The notes beneath the pieces are model-generated. The model ran no database searches and was not told where the DNA came from. It saw nothing but the letters and a program-made list of their open reading frames with translations. Below, in pieces: positions 1 through 19,519 of a DNA stretch of 64,000 nt. This stretch comes from the human T2T-CHM13v2.0 reference genome, Homo sapiens: assembly GCF_009914755.1 (NCBI RefSeq), contig NC_060932.1. One strand, given 5' to 3'. How positions within the stretch are numbered: the stretch's first letter is position 1; each line of letters begins with the position of its first letter. A program made the translations under genes and the position numbers.

Positions 1-203
1 TGATATTAAATTCCTTATTATGCATGATTGTTTTCATATTTGAACATTTGCATTGCTTAAAGAATTCTGGGGGAAAAAGTACTTACTACAACACATAAAA
101 TGATTTTAATTTATCTTCCTTTTAAAATAACTTGCAACATTTAGGTATCAAACAATCCCCCACAGTGGAGTTAGGCAACATAGCAAAAGAAAATCTGATC
201 ATC

Positions 204-531
<328 letters not shown>

Positions 532-1216
532 TCACCACCTTTGCTGAATTACTAGTTTTAATACTATGTCTATAGCATTTAATTTTTTGAAATGAATGGC
601 ACTTATTATGCTTTTGCTAATAAACACGCAAAAGAGGTTTTTAAGGTAAGGGTAAAGGAGAGTTATTCTCCCAAAGTTCTTGGTTGAATTAGATGAGACA
701 TTAATTTTGATTAGCGATACCATTCTTCAAACCAAACCTTGGTTCCAGCCCTGGGACTTAAAGAATGTATTAACACTAGCTTTCCTGTGTGTATGTGCTG
801 GTGATTACATTTGCTTTAAATTACATTTATATTGTAATACCTGTTTGCAGAGATCCATTCGAATATTAGAACTTTGTTCTATTATTGTCTAAAGTTCTAT
901 AAATTGTTCTATAATTGTCTTTGTTCTATAAATGTCAAGCATTCTTAATCTAGGATCCATAGATGCTTGGTATAGGGGCTTGCAAATCCCTAAATAATAT
1001 ACAAATGTACACATGTGTGTGCCTTATACATTTTTTTCCGAGGAACATAGAGCATTAATTTTTATGAAATAGAGATTTATGGCCCCTAAAAGAGGTTAAA
1101 TATCATCCTGAATTAGTTTTATTTACCAAAAGAGAATAACGCTGGTTCCCAACCAATACTAAATAATAGTTAGGGAGGATATATATATGTTTTTCATTTC
1201 AATTTGCTTTATCTTT

Positions 1217-2850
<1,634 letters not shown>

Positions 2851-3087
2851 TCAATTTGCTTTATCTTTACATGCTTCTCCTAGTCTATGTTTAAGACCAC
2901 ATTTCATTAAGTCTAAGACACATTATTTTATGTGCTGTAAAGAAAAAATTCTGCCAATTTTACCATGCCATGCCATCAATTGTTAAGATACAACTGGAGT
3001 ACGGTAATAAGATGAAAATATATGTCTTTGAATTGAAGAATTATAGTATTATTATATTAAGGACTCCTGTGATAGAATATGGTTGAG

Positions 3088-3391
<304 letters not shown>

Positions 3392-3419
3392 ATATGGCTG
3401 AATATATTTACTTAGTGAC

Positions 3420-5977
<2,558 letters not shown>

Positions 5978-6020
5978 GTGACTATTTTGTCAAGACTTTC
6001 TTGAAGTATTTACTGAGGGA

Positions 6021-6317
6021 GGCCGAGCGTGGTGGCTCACGCCTGTAATCCTAAAACTTTGGGGGTCCGAGGCAGGCAGATCACCCTAGATCAGGAGTTC
6101 AAGACCAGCCTGGCCAAGATGATGAAACCCTGTCTCTACTAAAAATACAAAAATTAGCTGGGTGTGGTGGCAGGTGCCTGTAATACCAGCTACTCAGGAG
6201 ACTGAGGCAGAGAATTGCTTGAACCTGGGAGTCGGGGGTTGCAGTGAGCCGAGATTGCACCATTGCACTCCAGCCTGGGTGACTGGGCGAGACTCTGTCT
6301 CAAGAAAAAAAAAAAAA
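6021..6317 (+). mobile_element. Alu SINE
   Basis: Alu consensus with A-tail. Confidence 0.92.
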
Positions 6318-7877
6318 GGATTCCCTTCAAAAGATTACTGCTCATTGACAATGCACCTGGCCTCCCAAGAGCTCTAATGAAGATGTACAAGGACATGAAT
6401 GTTGTTATTATGCCTGCTAACATGCATTCTGCAGCCCCTGGATCAAGAAGTAATTTCAACATTCAAGACTTGTTATTTTAGAAATACATTTCTTAAGTCC
6501 ATCACTGTCATGATTCCTCTGATGGAGCTGGGCAAAGTCATTGAAAACCTTCTGGAAAAGATTTGCCATTCTAGATGTGATTAAGAACATTCATGATTTA
6601 TGGGAGGAGGTTAAAATATCTACATTAACAGGAGTTTGGAAGAAGTTGATTCCAGCCCTCCTGGATGACTTGGAGGGGTTCAAGACTTCAGTGGAGGAAG
6701 TAACTGCAAATGTGGCGGCAACAGCAAGAGAACTAGAATTAGAAGTGGAACCTGAAGATGTGACTTAATTGCTATAGACTGATGATCAAACATGAACGGA
6801 TGAGAAGTTGCTTCTTATGGATGTAAAGAAAGTGGTTTCTTGAGATGGAATCTATTCCTGGGGAAGATTCTGTGAACATTGTTGAAATGACAACAAAGGA
6901 TTTAGAATAGTCCATAAACTTAGTTGATAAAGCAGTGGCAGTGTTTGAGAGGATTGCCTGCAATTTTGAAAGAAGTTCCACTGTGGGTAAATATGCTATC
7001 AAACAACATCACCCTAAAGCCCATCAATGACAGACTGGATAACAAAAATGTGGCACATATACACCATGGAATATTATGCAGCCATAAAAAAGAATGAGTT
7101 CATGTACTTTGCAGGGACATGGATGAAGCTGGAAATCATCATTCTCACCAAACTAACACAAGAACAGAAAACCAAACACCACATGTTCTCACTCATAAGT
7201 GGGAGTTGAACAATGAGAACACATGGACACAGGGAGGGGAACATCACACACCAGGGCCTGTTGGTGGGGAGAGCTAGCGGAGGGATAGCATTAAGAGAAA
7301 TACCTAATGTAGGTGACGGGTTGATGGGTGCAGCAAACCACCATGGCACGTGTATACCTATGTTACAAACCTGCACGTTCTGCACATGTACCCCAGAACT
7401 TAAAGTGTAATAAAAAACATAAATAAAATAAAAATGACCAAAAAAAAAAACCAACATCACATGCTACAAAGAAATCTTTCATGAAAGGAAGAGTCAATTG
7501 ATGTAGCAAACTTCATTGTTGTCTCATTTTAAGAAATTGTCACAGCCATCCCAACCTTCAACAAACAGTATGCTGATGTTGATCAATCAGCAGTCATCTA
7601 CATGGAGACAAGACCTTCCACCAGCAAAAAGATTATGACTTCTGAAGGCAGAGGATGATTTTTAGCATTTTTTAGCAATAAAGCATTTTTAAATTAAGGT
7701 ATGTTTGCATCTTATTTTTAGACATAATGCTATTGCACACTTAGACTACAATATAGGGTAAATATAACTTTTATGTACATTGGGAAAACAAATAATTGAC
7801 GTGGCTTGCTTTATTGTGATATTCACTTTTTTGTGGTGATCTGGAACTGAACCTGCAATATCTCTGAGGTATGGCTG
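6318..7877 (+). mobile_element. Tigger1 DNA transposon, 3' part (pogo-like transposase remnant), interrupted by an L1
   Basis: LLLIDNAPG and [16 protein letters not shown]-transposase remnants; terminal repeat GAACCTGCAATATCTCTGAGGTATGGCTG followed by TA. Confidence 0.88.
7013..7450 (+). mobile_element. Short 5'-truncated L1PA 3' end inserted into Tigger1
   Basis: MWHIYTMEYYAAIKKNEFM... plus L1 3'UTR and A-tail; TSD core CAACATCAC at 7004-7012 and 7452-7460. Confidence 0.88.
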
Positions 7878-8162
7878 TATATATTAAAGTAAAACTGTAA
7901 AGGTAATTTGAGGTTAATTATAATTTGAGGATTGATGTATTAAAATTATAGTGTGTTATATGTTCTCATAATATGCCTCATAATTATCACTATTTGAACT
8001 AAATATTCGTGATCTTTTTTCCAATATGTGAGTCAATAAATATTTATTGAATGATAACTAGGTGCTAGGCACTAGTTACATAGTAGTGAAAAAAGTTGCA
8101 GTCTCTGCCCTGGTAGAACTTACAGCCTAGTGAGAGAATAGACATTAAAAAGTGAACACATG

Positions 8163-8874
<712 letters not shown>

Positions 8875-9526
8875 TTACTTTGGATTTTAGGGAGACCTCT
8901 CTAAGGAAATGATATTTATTTAAGCAGATAGCTGAAGAATGAGAAGTCAAATTAGAGGGGAACCACATATGCAGGTGTTTTCAAAACACTGAAAGAGGGC
9001 CAGGGTGGCTAAAACATAGTAAGCCGAGTAAGCATCGTAGTTGAGGTTAGAGAGGAAAGTAAGACCAGACAGACCATGGTAGAAAATTGGGATTGTAATC
9101 CAAGTGCAATGAGGAACAGAGAACTAATGTGTTCAATTATATTTTTGAAATACCATGTTTGGAGTTGATATGGAGAATGGGTTGGAGGTATGGAGAATGG
9201 TTAAGAGCAGAAAGTGGGAGACCAGTTGTTGTAGTCCAGTTAGATGATAATGAGAGATTCAACTAGGTAGAGTCAGTAGAAATGGAAAGAAATTAGTGAA
9301 TTAGAGATACACGTTAGATGCACAAACCAATAGGTTGTGCTCATGAACTAGATTTAAGAGTTGGGGGCAGCGGAAGGGAGGAGAGGGGGTAATTAAGGAA
9401 AACTCCCATGTTTCTGCCTTGAGTAGCTGGGTGGATAATCATGCCATTTATCAAGATTGGGGAGAAAGAAAGAAAAAGAGCTGGGAGAAAAATCAAATTA
9501 TAGATATAACTTTGAGATATTCTATA

Positions 9527-10039
<513 letters not shown>

Positions 10040-11874
10040 ATTTTTGTTCATTCCTACTTAAGCAGTGGAGGAAAAGTGTGAGTATATATATAACTTTTTT
10101 TTTAAAGGAGATATCCTACGGATATATCAATAGAGAGATAAAAGAATCTGGAGCTTAGAGAAAAGCTCTAACCTAGGAATATAATTTAGGGATCACCAGC
10201 ATAGAGGTGGTACTCAAAGCCAAGGAATGGATGAAATCACCTAGATGGAGACTAGTGGGAACCCCAGGACTGCCCTTGAAGATTCCAATATTTATAAATG
10301 GGGTTGTGGAGGAGGAACTAACAAAGGAGGCTTAGAAGCAGCCTAGAATGTAGAAAGAAAATCAAGTGTTGTGTGATTTTCTTTCTAAGAATGAGAGTTT
10401 TTCCAGAAAGGGGCAGAGTGGTCAACTGAATCACATGCTACTGAGAGTTTGAGTAAGATTCAGTTTGGTAACCTAAAGGTTGTAGGTAGCCATGATCAGA
10501 GATATTTCAGTGGCGTGGGAATGGAGATGAGGCTATGGAGACAGCACACATAGACAAACTATGAAGATGAGGAAAGAAATGAGGGAATTGCTGGAGAAGG
10601 ATGTGTGGTTCAGGAAGGAACTTTTTTTTTTTAAAGATAGAAGGTATAAAATCATATGATGTGCAGTAAAGAGTAAACTAGTAACACTATAGAAAGACAG
10701 GAAGATCAACAAGTGAAGTACAAAAAAGGTGAGAGGGGTTAGGATCCAGGGTACATGTATTGGCCATTTTACAGATGGGAAGAAAATGGATACAGAACCA
10801 AGTAGGTTTGTAAGTCTGGCCATATACTTTACTTGATGTCATCAGCTGAAAATGAAAGGTTTGAGGAGGAAAGAATGGAATATAATAGTTATTGTGGGGG
10901 CTAGAAGAGAAGTGTCCGAGGGAAACTCAGCAGGGTTGCCAGGCAGGTGATCGTTTGGAGTTACTGTGATTCACTTAAAGGGAAAAGAAGAAATGCCAGT
11001 TGTGTGATTTTCTGCCTAGCAGCCTTCGTGCCAGCACAAGATGAATGGTTGGGTTCGTGCAGAGTTGAGGTTTTGATAGGTGAGTGTGGCAGAGTGGTGC
11101 TGAGGGGCAAAGGAGTGGAGGGACTGGCTAAAGGGAGGGACTTTTAAGCTGGTTAAGGAAGGAAGTGAATTAGAGGAAGCAGACTGGGGGTCTCTGTAGA
11201 CCTGAAACATTTGAGCAAGTGAACTGGAAGCATAGGAGGTAGAGTAGGGGAGTGGGTTGTGGTTTTGAAGTAAGTGGGAACTCAAGGTTTTGAAGTAAGT
11301 TTCTGGTGATACTAGTTTCCTATGACCGTGGGATGTATGGCTGAGGCGGAAGGGAAAGGTGGGACATCGCAAGGGAGTTAAATGGGTTATCCACATGAAA
11401 ATCACTGAATGTCAGGTATTAGGGGAGAAAGGAAGATTTTGAGCAAAGTGCTAAGAGCTGCTGGTTGACTATAGAAGGAGAAGGATAGTAAAACCAGGTG
11501 GCACTGAGCATCAAAGGAGAAAGAATTTTTTACCAAAAGGGAAGCATGGGAAAGAATGGTCTGGAAGCAGCAGAGGGGCAGCAAGCTAGGCTCTGACTGT
11601 GTCTTGTGACACTATGTATATGGGATGTTTGGGGAAAAAAAGCTTCATTTTGGAGAGGCACAAGGAAAGCAGTGTTCTTAAGAGATAGTAAGCTTTCAGA
11701 GAAGATCAGGTAGGAAAGGAAGCAGTCAGAAGTCTGAGGCTGTTCTTATGAGGCTCTAGGAAGGTGGGCACTGCTTGGCACAGTTGCTAAACTGTACTCT
11801 TGGCCTGTCACATTAAGTACTTGTTCAATGAATTAATGAATAAAAGAGAAGAGCTTACCTCCTCATGGTCAATT

Positions 11875-12925
11875 TTTAAATTGAAGTAAAATATAAAATC
11901 TACTTATTTTAACCATTTTAAAATGTTCAGTTCAGTGTGTTTAGTACATTCACATTCACACTGTTGGGCAACCATCACCACCCTTCGTCGCCAGAGCTTT
12001 TTCATCTTCCCAAACTGAAACTGCGTACCCATTAAACAGTAATTCCTCGTTTCCTCCTCTACTCCTCCTGGGAGCCATCACTCTACTGCCTCTATGAATT
12101 TGACTATTCTAGGTACCTCATATAAGTGGAATCATACATTTGTCCTTTCATAACTGGCTTATTTCACTTAGCATAATGTTCTCAAGGTTCATCCATATTA
12201 TGCATGTATTAGAATTTCCTTCCTTTTTAAGGCTGAATAACATCCTTTTGTATGTAAATAGAATGTTTCGTTTATCCATTCACCTGTCAATGGACATTTC
12301 TGTTGCTTCCACCTTTGTCTATTGTGAATTACACTGCTATGAACGTGGGTGTGCTAATATCTCTTTAAGATCCTGCTTTCAGTTCTTTTGGGTATATACC
12401 CAGAAGTGAAAGTGCTGTATCATACAGTAATTGTTTACTCTTTTTGATGAACCGCCATCCTGTTTTCCACAGTGGGTGCACCATTTTCCATTCCCAACAG
12501 TGCACAAAGCTTCTAATTTCTCCACATCCTCTCTAACACTTGTCATTTTGTTTTTTATTTTTATAATAAATCCTTATAGGTGTGAGGTAGTAGCTCATTG
12601 TAGTTTTGATTTGTATTTTCCTAGTGATTAGTGATGTTGAACATCTTTCTCATGTGCTTATTGGTCATTTGTTTTTCTTTAGAGAAACGATATTAGTTCT
12701 CCGCCTATTTTTTAATGATTATTTTCTTACTGTAGATTTATAGACCCCTTTATCAGAGATTTGATTTGCAAGTATTTTCTCCCATTCCATAGGTTGCCTT
12801 TTCACTGTTGATTGTATTGTTTTATGCAGTTTTAAATTTTGATATGGTCCCATTTATGTGTATTTTCTTTTGGTGCCTGTACTTTTGATGTCACATTCAG
12901 GAAATCATGGCCAAATCCAAAGTGA
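11875..12925 (-). mobile_element. Old L1M (L1MB-like) 3' fragment
   Basis: Typical antisense L1M motifs: ctggcttatttcacttagcataatgttctcaaggttcatccat, gggtatatacccagaagtg, ttgatttgtattttcctagtgattagtgatgttgaacatc. Confidence 0.8.
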
Positions 12926-13481
12926 ATCTGTCCTTTCCCCTAGAATGGTCTTGAAACCCTTCCATAGATTTATGTTGTCTGCCTTTATGTGAATGGTTTT
13001 AACAACTGAGAAATGTACTACAATGTCTTTATCTTTGATCGTCCACTTAGCCGTTATCAAATAAAGATTAGTATTTCTTACCTTCCAGTACCTTTTCTCC
13101 CTACTCCTGTCACCTCCTCACATCACTCATCAGCTTCAAAACTATAATGACTATTTCAGTAGAAGGCAAGTTTCTAGTTCCAAACTTTAAAATATAAACA
13201 TCAACATACTTCTTCCATTGGCCCTGGTACCAATGCGTGTGCACTTACTGAACCTGCTTTCTGGGTTTCAGAAAACAAGAGTCAGATTTCAATAATGATT
13301 ATTGAAATACTCTACTGAATAGGTCAGAACTTAATTTTTTGACTTTTATTTTTCACAGAACCACATGGGCTCAGACTTAATTTTTAAGATTCCATTAAAA
13401 TATTTTGGTTGAAAATGTGATTTCATACTTGTCATTTTAAGGAGTATTTGTCATTTACACTCTATTATCTTCTTCATTTAG

Positions 13482-13648
13482 GGGCCACTGTATTTTGTGT
13501 TGCTCCGAATGCAGTATTTCCATTTGAACTGTATAATGAAGAATACTTAGAGCAAAGGGATCTCTATCTGACTCAGTGCCAACAACAGCTGGAACAATTT
13601 ATTGCCACATATGGACCTGGGACAACTATTTTCTCTAGTGATGAATAA
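13482..13648 (+). CDS. MCMDC2: Last coding exon of MCM domain-containing protein 2 (meiotic recombination MCM paralogue)
   Basis: Acceptor tattatcttcttcatttag| at 13481/13482 (phase 1), then GATVFCVAPNAVFPFELYNEEYLEQRDLYLTQCQQQLEQFIATYGPGTTIFSSDE-TAA. Recognised as the MCMDC2 C-terminus; gene order with SNHG6 and TCF24 agrees. Upstream exons lie before the window. Confidence 0.9.
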
Positions 13649-16530
13649 GCAATTTGAGGAATTTTTGTTCATTCCTACTTAAGCAGTGGAGAAAAAGTGT
13701 GACTATTTTGAGAGTGACTTTGAAGTAATGCTTTGATAATACTCTGTACAGGAATATATTACAATACTGTTTTTAAAAATATAAAATATAGTCCCCTCAA
13801 AACTAATTGCTAATGGGATAAATACTAATCCAAACCTCTAAAACCAACAGAATTTTAAAACTTAGAACAATGTGGACAATTTAAAGTGATAAAGTTGTCA
13901 AGGAGAATACTATAAAGAAAAACCTGGTTAGCCCAGAATACCAGTGGTGAACAGATAAAAATGTAAATGTTGCAATTTGAGCAGTGTGTAAAATGGCAAC
14001 CTTTATGTAGTTCACTCTACTGTCACAAGATGGCAATAACTCTTTACCTACAAATTACTCTAAAACATTTTTCTTCCACTTGTGAACTTGCTAAACTGAT
14101 GAGTAAATACTTTATATAACCCGAAGCTTCAAATGTAAGGCCTTTTCATACTTTATTACTGGCCTGTCCATTACATACTACTGTTTTAGAAGCCCTAAAT
14201 ATGGAATCGGGAAAAGCCTTGGAAGTTTTCCATACGTATACGCTAGGTTAAATGAAAAAAATACTTTACACGGAAACAAGGAGCCAATAACTTATAAATT
14301 GGCTCTCTAACCCTAACTGGTTACAAGAAAGGCTCCAAAAGGCAAAGAAACCAACTTGCAAATCTAGTCCTCATTTTTGGAGGGAAGATATCTGCTCTGA
14401 AAAGATAGGGGCACCATGAGAAAACAAATCCATCTTGTAAAATTTATAAATCCTTTTTAGTTCAGTTTCCATAACTTTAATAAAAGATCAGTTCTATTCA
14501 CAGAAAAGCAAAATGTCATTACCAAATTGCCACTTTATTAACCAAGATGTTACCATGCATCAATTCTTTCAAAACTGGTCCCTTAACAGAGATGCTTAAC
14601 TGTACAGCTGGACCTCTCCCACTCTCCACAGGACCCGGAGGAAGTTGTTCACTATTACTGAATACCTACTAGTAGCAGGGAGTAAACAGTATTAGTTTTC
14701 AGAAGCCAAAGGTAGTGTTTTTGTTTTTTGTTTTTTTGAGATGGGGTCTCGCTCTGTCATGCAGGCTGGAGTGCAGTGGTGTTATCTTGGCACTGCAACC
14801 TCCACCTCCCGGGTTCAAGTGATTCTCCTGCTGGGATTACAGGTGCACTCCACCATGACTGGCTAATTTTTGTATTTTTAGTAGAGACAGGGTTTCACCA
14901 TGTTGGCCAGGCTGGTCTTGAACTCCCGACCTCAGGTGATCTGCCTGCCTCAGTCTCCCAAAGTGCTAAGACAACAGGTATGAGCCAACACGACTGGCGA
15001 CTGTAGTTTTCAACAAAATACTTACATATTACAGTTCTATAATGTTAAGACGTTTATTTTGTGCTTCTCAAATACTACATTTCAAACATGTCTGGCTCTC
15101 TATGGGGGGAAGGCAAAACACATTCCTATTTTATAAAACTAGGATCCTTTTACAATTGGAAAGTTTAAAAACTTTTTTTTTTGGAGACAGGGGCTGTCAC
15201 CGTTTGGAGGGTTGTGGCGCCACCTCAGCTCCCTGCAGCCTTGACCTTGCAAGTAATTCTCCCACCTTAGGCCTCCGAGTAGCTGGGACTACAGGGACAT
15301 GCTACCACCCTGGGATAACTTCTGCATTTTTTGTAGAGATGGAATTTTGCCATGTTTCCCAGGCTGGTCTCAAGTCATCCTCCCATCTCAGTACCTCAGC
15401 TTCCCAGTGTTGGGATTACAGGAGTGAGCCACCATGCATGGCACAAAGATGGCTTTTATTTACTTATCTATATTTATATATACATATTTATATGTAGCTG
15501 TCACCCAAGCTGTAGTGTACTGATGCAATCATAGCTCACTGCCACCTTAATCTCCCCAGCTCAAAAAACCCAACCTCAGTCTCAAAGATGGTTACTTCAC
15601 CACAAAAAAATTAAAATGTTTAAGTTTCTCATTAAAGAGTAGAAGTGTACATTCAGAAACAATTATGGGAGGTAATTCATTAATATTAAATATGCCAACG
15701 GTATTTTAAAGGTTATTGGAGAATTAGAAGGGGGTGGGGTGCAGGACGAAAAATTAATGGGTGCAATGTACACCATTCAGGTAATGGCTGCACAAAAAGC
15801 TCAGACTCCAAACTACTTCATATACCTATGCAACAGAACTGCACTTATACCCCCCAAATCTATACTGAGGGAAGTGACTAAGATGTTGCTATACAGGTTT
15901 TATACCATTTATCATATAAAAATTATAACCTTGGTAAAAGGAATTTATAAGCTAGTACTCAACAGGAGAAAAGATTTAGCTCTAAACCTTCACCCAGATA
16001 TAAATTCAGCTTTAGAATTCTTGCCAATTTAGTCCTAGACAGACTGGTCTGCTCAGTCATTTCTCTTAACATAGCATATTGCTTAGTTATTACATGTACT
16101 AGTATTAGGATGACTTTTTTGTTCACAAAGATGAAAGCAAACTGAATAAAAAAGGTGAAACCTTTATCTGTAAGGGGGAATTTGATTGCTATTTGGTATT
16201 AAAGAGTTTTAAGATTCAACCACCTGGTACAACAGCAGGCTCTGAAGGGGAAGCCAGACAGGGAACCTAGAGGTACAAGCAATGTCTCCCCAGCTGTCAG
16301 CCTCAATGAGAATCACCACCCATAAATAAGCTAATTATTGACAAGATTATAATCTTTCGAATATGTTCAAAACAGGTCTGACTAGTGACTATGAGAATGG
16401 AGCTATTTAGAGTTGATTTAAAAGAAAACACTTTATTGTTCAGCAATTAAAAGTTAGCCAAATATGTATTTTTCTCCATAATTTATTGTGATGTTATCAA
16501 CATCAAGTAAAATGCTCATTTTCATCATTT
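13649..16530 (+). other. MCMDC2: MCMDC2 3'UTR (extent approximate; several candidate poly(A) signals)
   Basis: Follows the stop codon. AATAAA at 14479 and 16145, ATTAAA at 16446, AGTAAA at 16506. The distal end is inferred from these motifs and from recalled annotation. Confidence 0.55.
14719..15441 (-). mobile_element. Two antisense Alus (14719-14999, 15173-15441) in the MCMDC2 3'UTR region
   Basis: Reverse Alu consensus; the second copy is highly diverged. Confidence 0.85.
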
Positions 16531-16952
16531 GCTTCTGTTCATGTTTTCTTGAACACGTCTTCAATTTTCCTTCCAAAATGCTGCATGCCACACCTCCAAA
16601 ACAAAGTCAGAAACCACAGTGAAAATCATTCCATACTCAAAGTTCTCATATAACCTCAATATTCACAAGTGCCCCTCAAAAAACTAATGTTGAGAATACC
16701 ACACATGCAAAAGCAACTTCAACAAGAATCTGCCCCCACCCTTAAGTTTATCAGATACTTTCTGAACTGTCAGCAGACATAGTTGCTTGACAAATCACTT
16801 ACTTGAGGTAACGAAGCAGAAGTATTTTTAAACATGACAGCTAAGAACATTCATCTACAGCAACCTATATGCTAAAAACAAAGAATATTCACCCTTAATT
16901 AAATTATTGCCTTACATACATGTCAGTAATTAATCAATGTACAGTACTGGCA

Positions 16953-17028
16953 TCTCAGTCTTAAAATTATTTCTTCAAAGACAACCTCAGCTGGGTAAAC
17001 GGCAAAAAGTAATTTAAGTCATCATTGT
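16953..17028 (-). ncRNA. SNORD87: Box C/D snoRNA U87
   Basis: Minus strand ACA-ATGATGA (box C) ... GCCGTTTACCCAG-CTGA (guide + D') ... CTGA-GA (box D), flanked by a ctggca/tgccag terminal stem. The guide is complementary to the 28S rRNA segment GGGUAAACGGC. It ends about 80 nt upstream of the 3' splice site, the typical spacing. Confidence 0.96.
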
Positions 17029-18086
17029 GCCAGCTATTAAACCTATCTGTCAAGAATACATCACATAACTAACATTAATTAAATTTAGGTACCTCAATAC
17101 ATGCCGCGTGATCCTAGTAGTTTTTTCACAACCTTCTACAAGTTTTTGGAAAACATCTGTTATGATGACTTTCATACACCTTCACCTCAAAGGCTTTCTT
17201 GCACCTGGAAATTAAATATTACATTTCGAATTCCCATTTTTATTTGCATTTTGTTGGGCATCTTATATGTAGGAATGGTCCAAGAAGAGAATCTCATTCC
17301 TTTAGGAACTGTACTTGCAACCTACCTTTCAGACTCCCAAACCACTTTTTAATAAAAAAGTACTATTATTCTATTACCTGTTTCTGCTTTTTTGATAGTC
17401 AGTACTGACAAACCCAAACCTCTGTAACTGAGTATGTTTGTCTCATTAGTACCTAGTATTTCCACAAATGAGCTTATTCCAAACTGGAAACAGGAGCCAT
17501 TAGCACTGGCAGGAAAATGGTGGAAACATTTCATGATATCCTTCACTGTGGCAGTTTTGATTTTAAGACATAATGGTCATAGTGAGTACACAGCCGTTGC
17601 TTTTCTGTCTCACAGCTCGACAAGGATGAGCTATGAGCCAGGTTAGATGTATAAAAACTAACGTGAAGACCTTCACCTAAAAACATTATAACGGCAAACC
17701 TAGCAGTTTCAGAGCAGGGATACCTATATTGGCATTTTTACTGGACACATTCCTGTAAAATTAAGTCCCAAGTTAACTAAAAACTGCAAAGAACATGGAC
17801 TGGGGCAAAAAATCATGTCATACAGCAGCCCAGGAGAATAAATCATTGAGCCAGGCAGCAATACGAAATGATTTATGAAGACATACAAGGTTGGAGCTTG
17901 CAAAAACAATCATTTTCATGTGCTGAAATGCTGAAAATGTTTCACACAATCAGTATTAGGAATATAAACTACTGGTTTTGAATAATTCAAAAAAAATTAA
18001 CTGAAACAAAAAAAGTTTCAGTTTAATATTATGATTCACAGGAACTACAGACAACTACATGCATAATCCTGTCTTTACAAAGCTTA

Positions 18087-19130
<1,044 letters not shown>

Positions 19131-19519
19131 GTTTCTGAATAGCTAACAGGTTTTCCCAGCCTCCCAGTTGCTGACCGGTTTCTTCTGTATTATGTCCAGA
19201 AATACACATCTCTATGTAAATACAAGCATCTCCGTGTGTAGCAGGCATTTAGCCTAAGGGCCTCCTATACTTGCACGTGTTGTTCTCCAACCTCCATGCC
19301 TTGACTTTAGCGCGTATTACGAAGGAAGGTCCAGGAACAAATACTGACTAGCTCTACGAATGGGTCGAGACTAGTAATGACTCAGTAAACTGCGCTCATT
19401 ACAGTTTCAAAGCCACTCACAAAGTACGGTTAACTAAGGGTCGTCCTGACACCTAAGGGATAATCACCTTCCTATTTATAAAACGCTCCCTTTTAAGGAA
19501 AACAAGCTGCCTAAGAGCC

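Noticed and set aside
872-935. Imperfect tandem repeat of gttctata(a)ttgtc-like units
   Set aside because: Short AT-rich slippage repeat with no spacer structure; not CRISPR-like.
6263-6768. Transposase-like ORFs
   Set aside because: Frameshifted Tigger1 remnant lacking its 5' half; not a domesticated gene.
16440-16528. Box C-like ATGATGA and box D-like CTGA about 89 nt apart on the minus strand
   Set aside because: It lies in the SNHG6 last exon rather than an intron, and I saw no terminal stem or rRNA guide. Probably chance.
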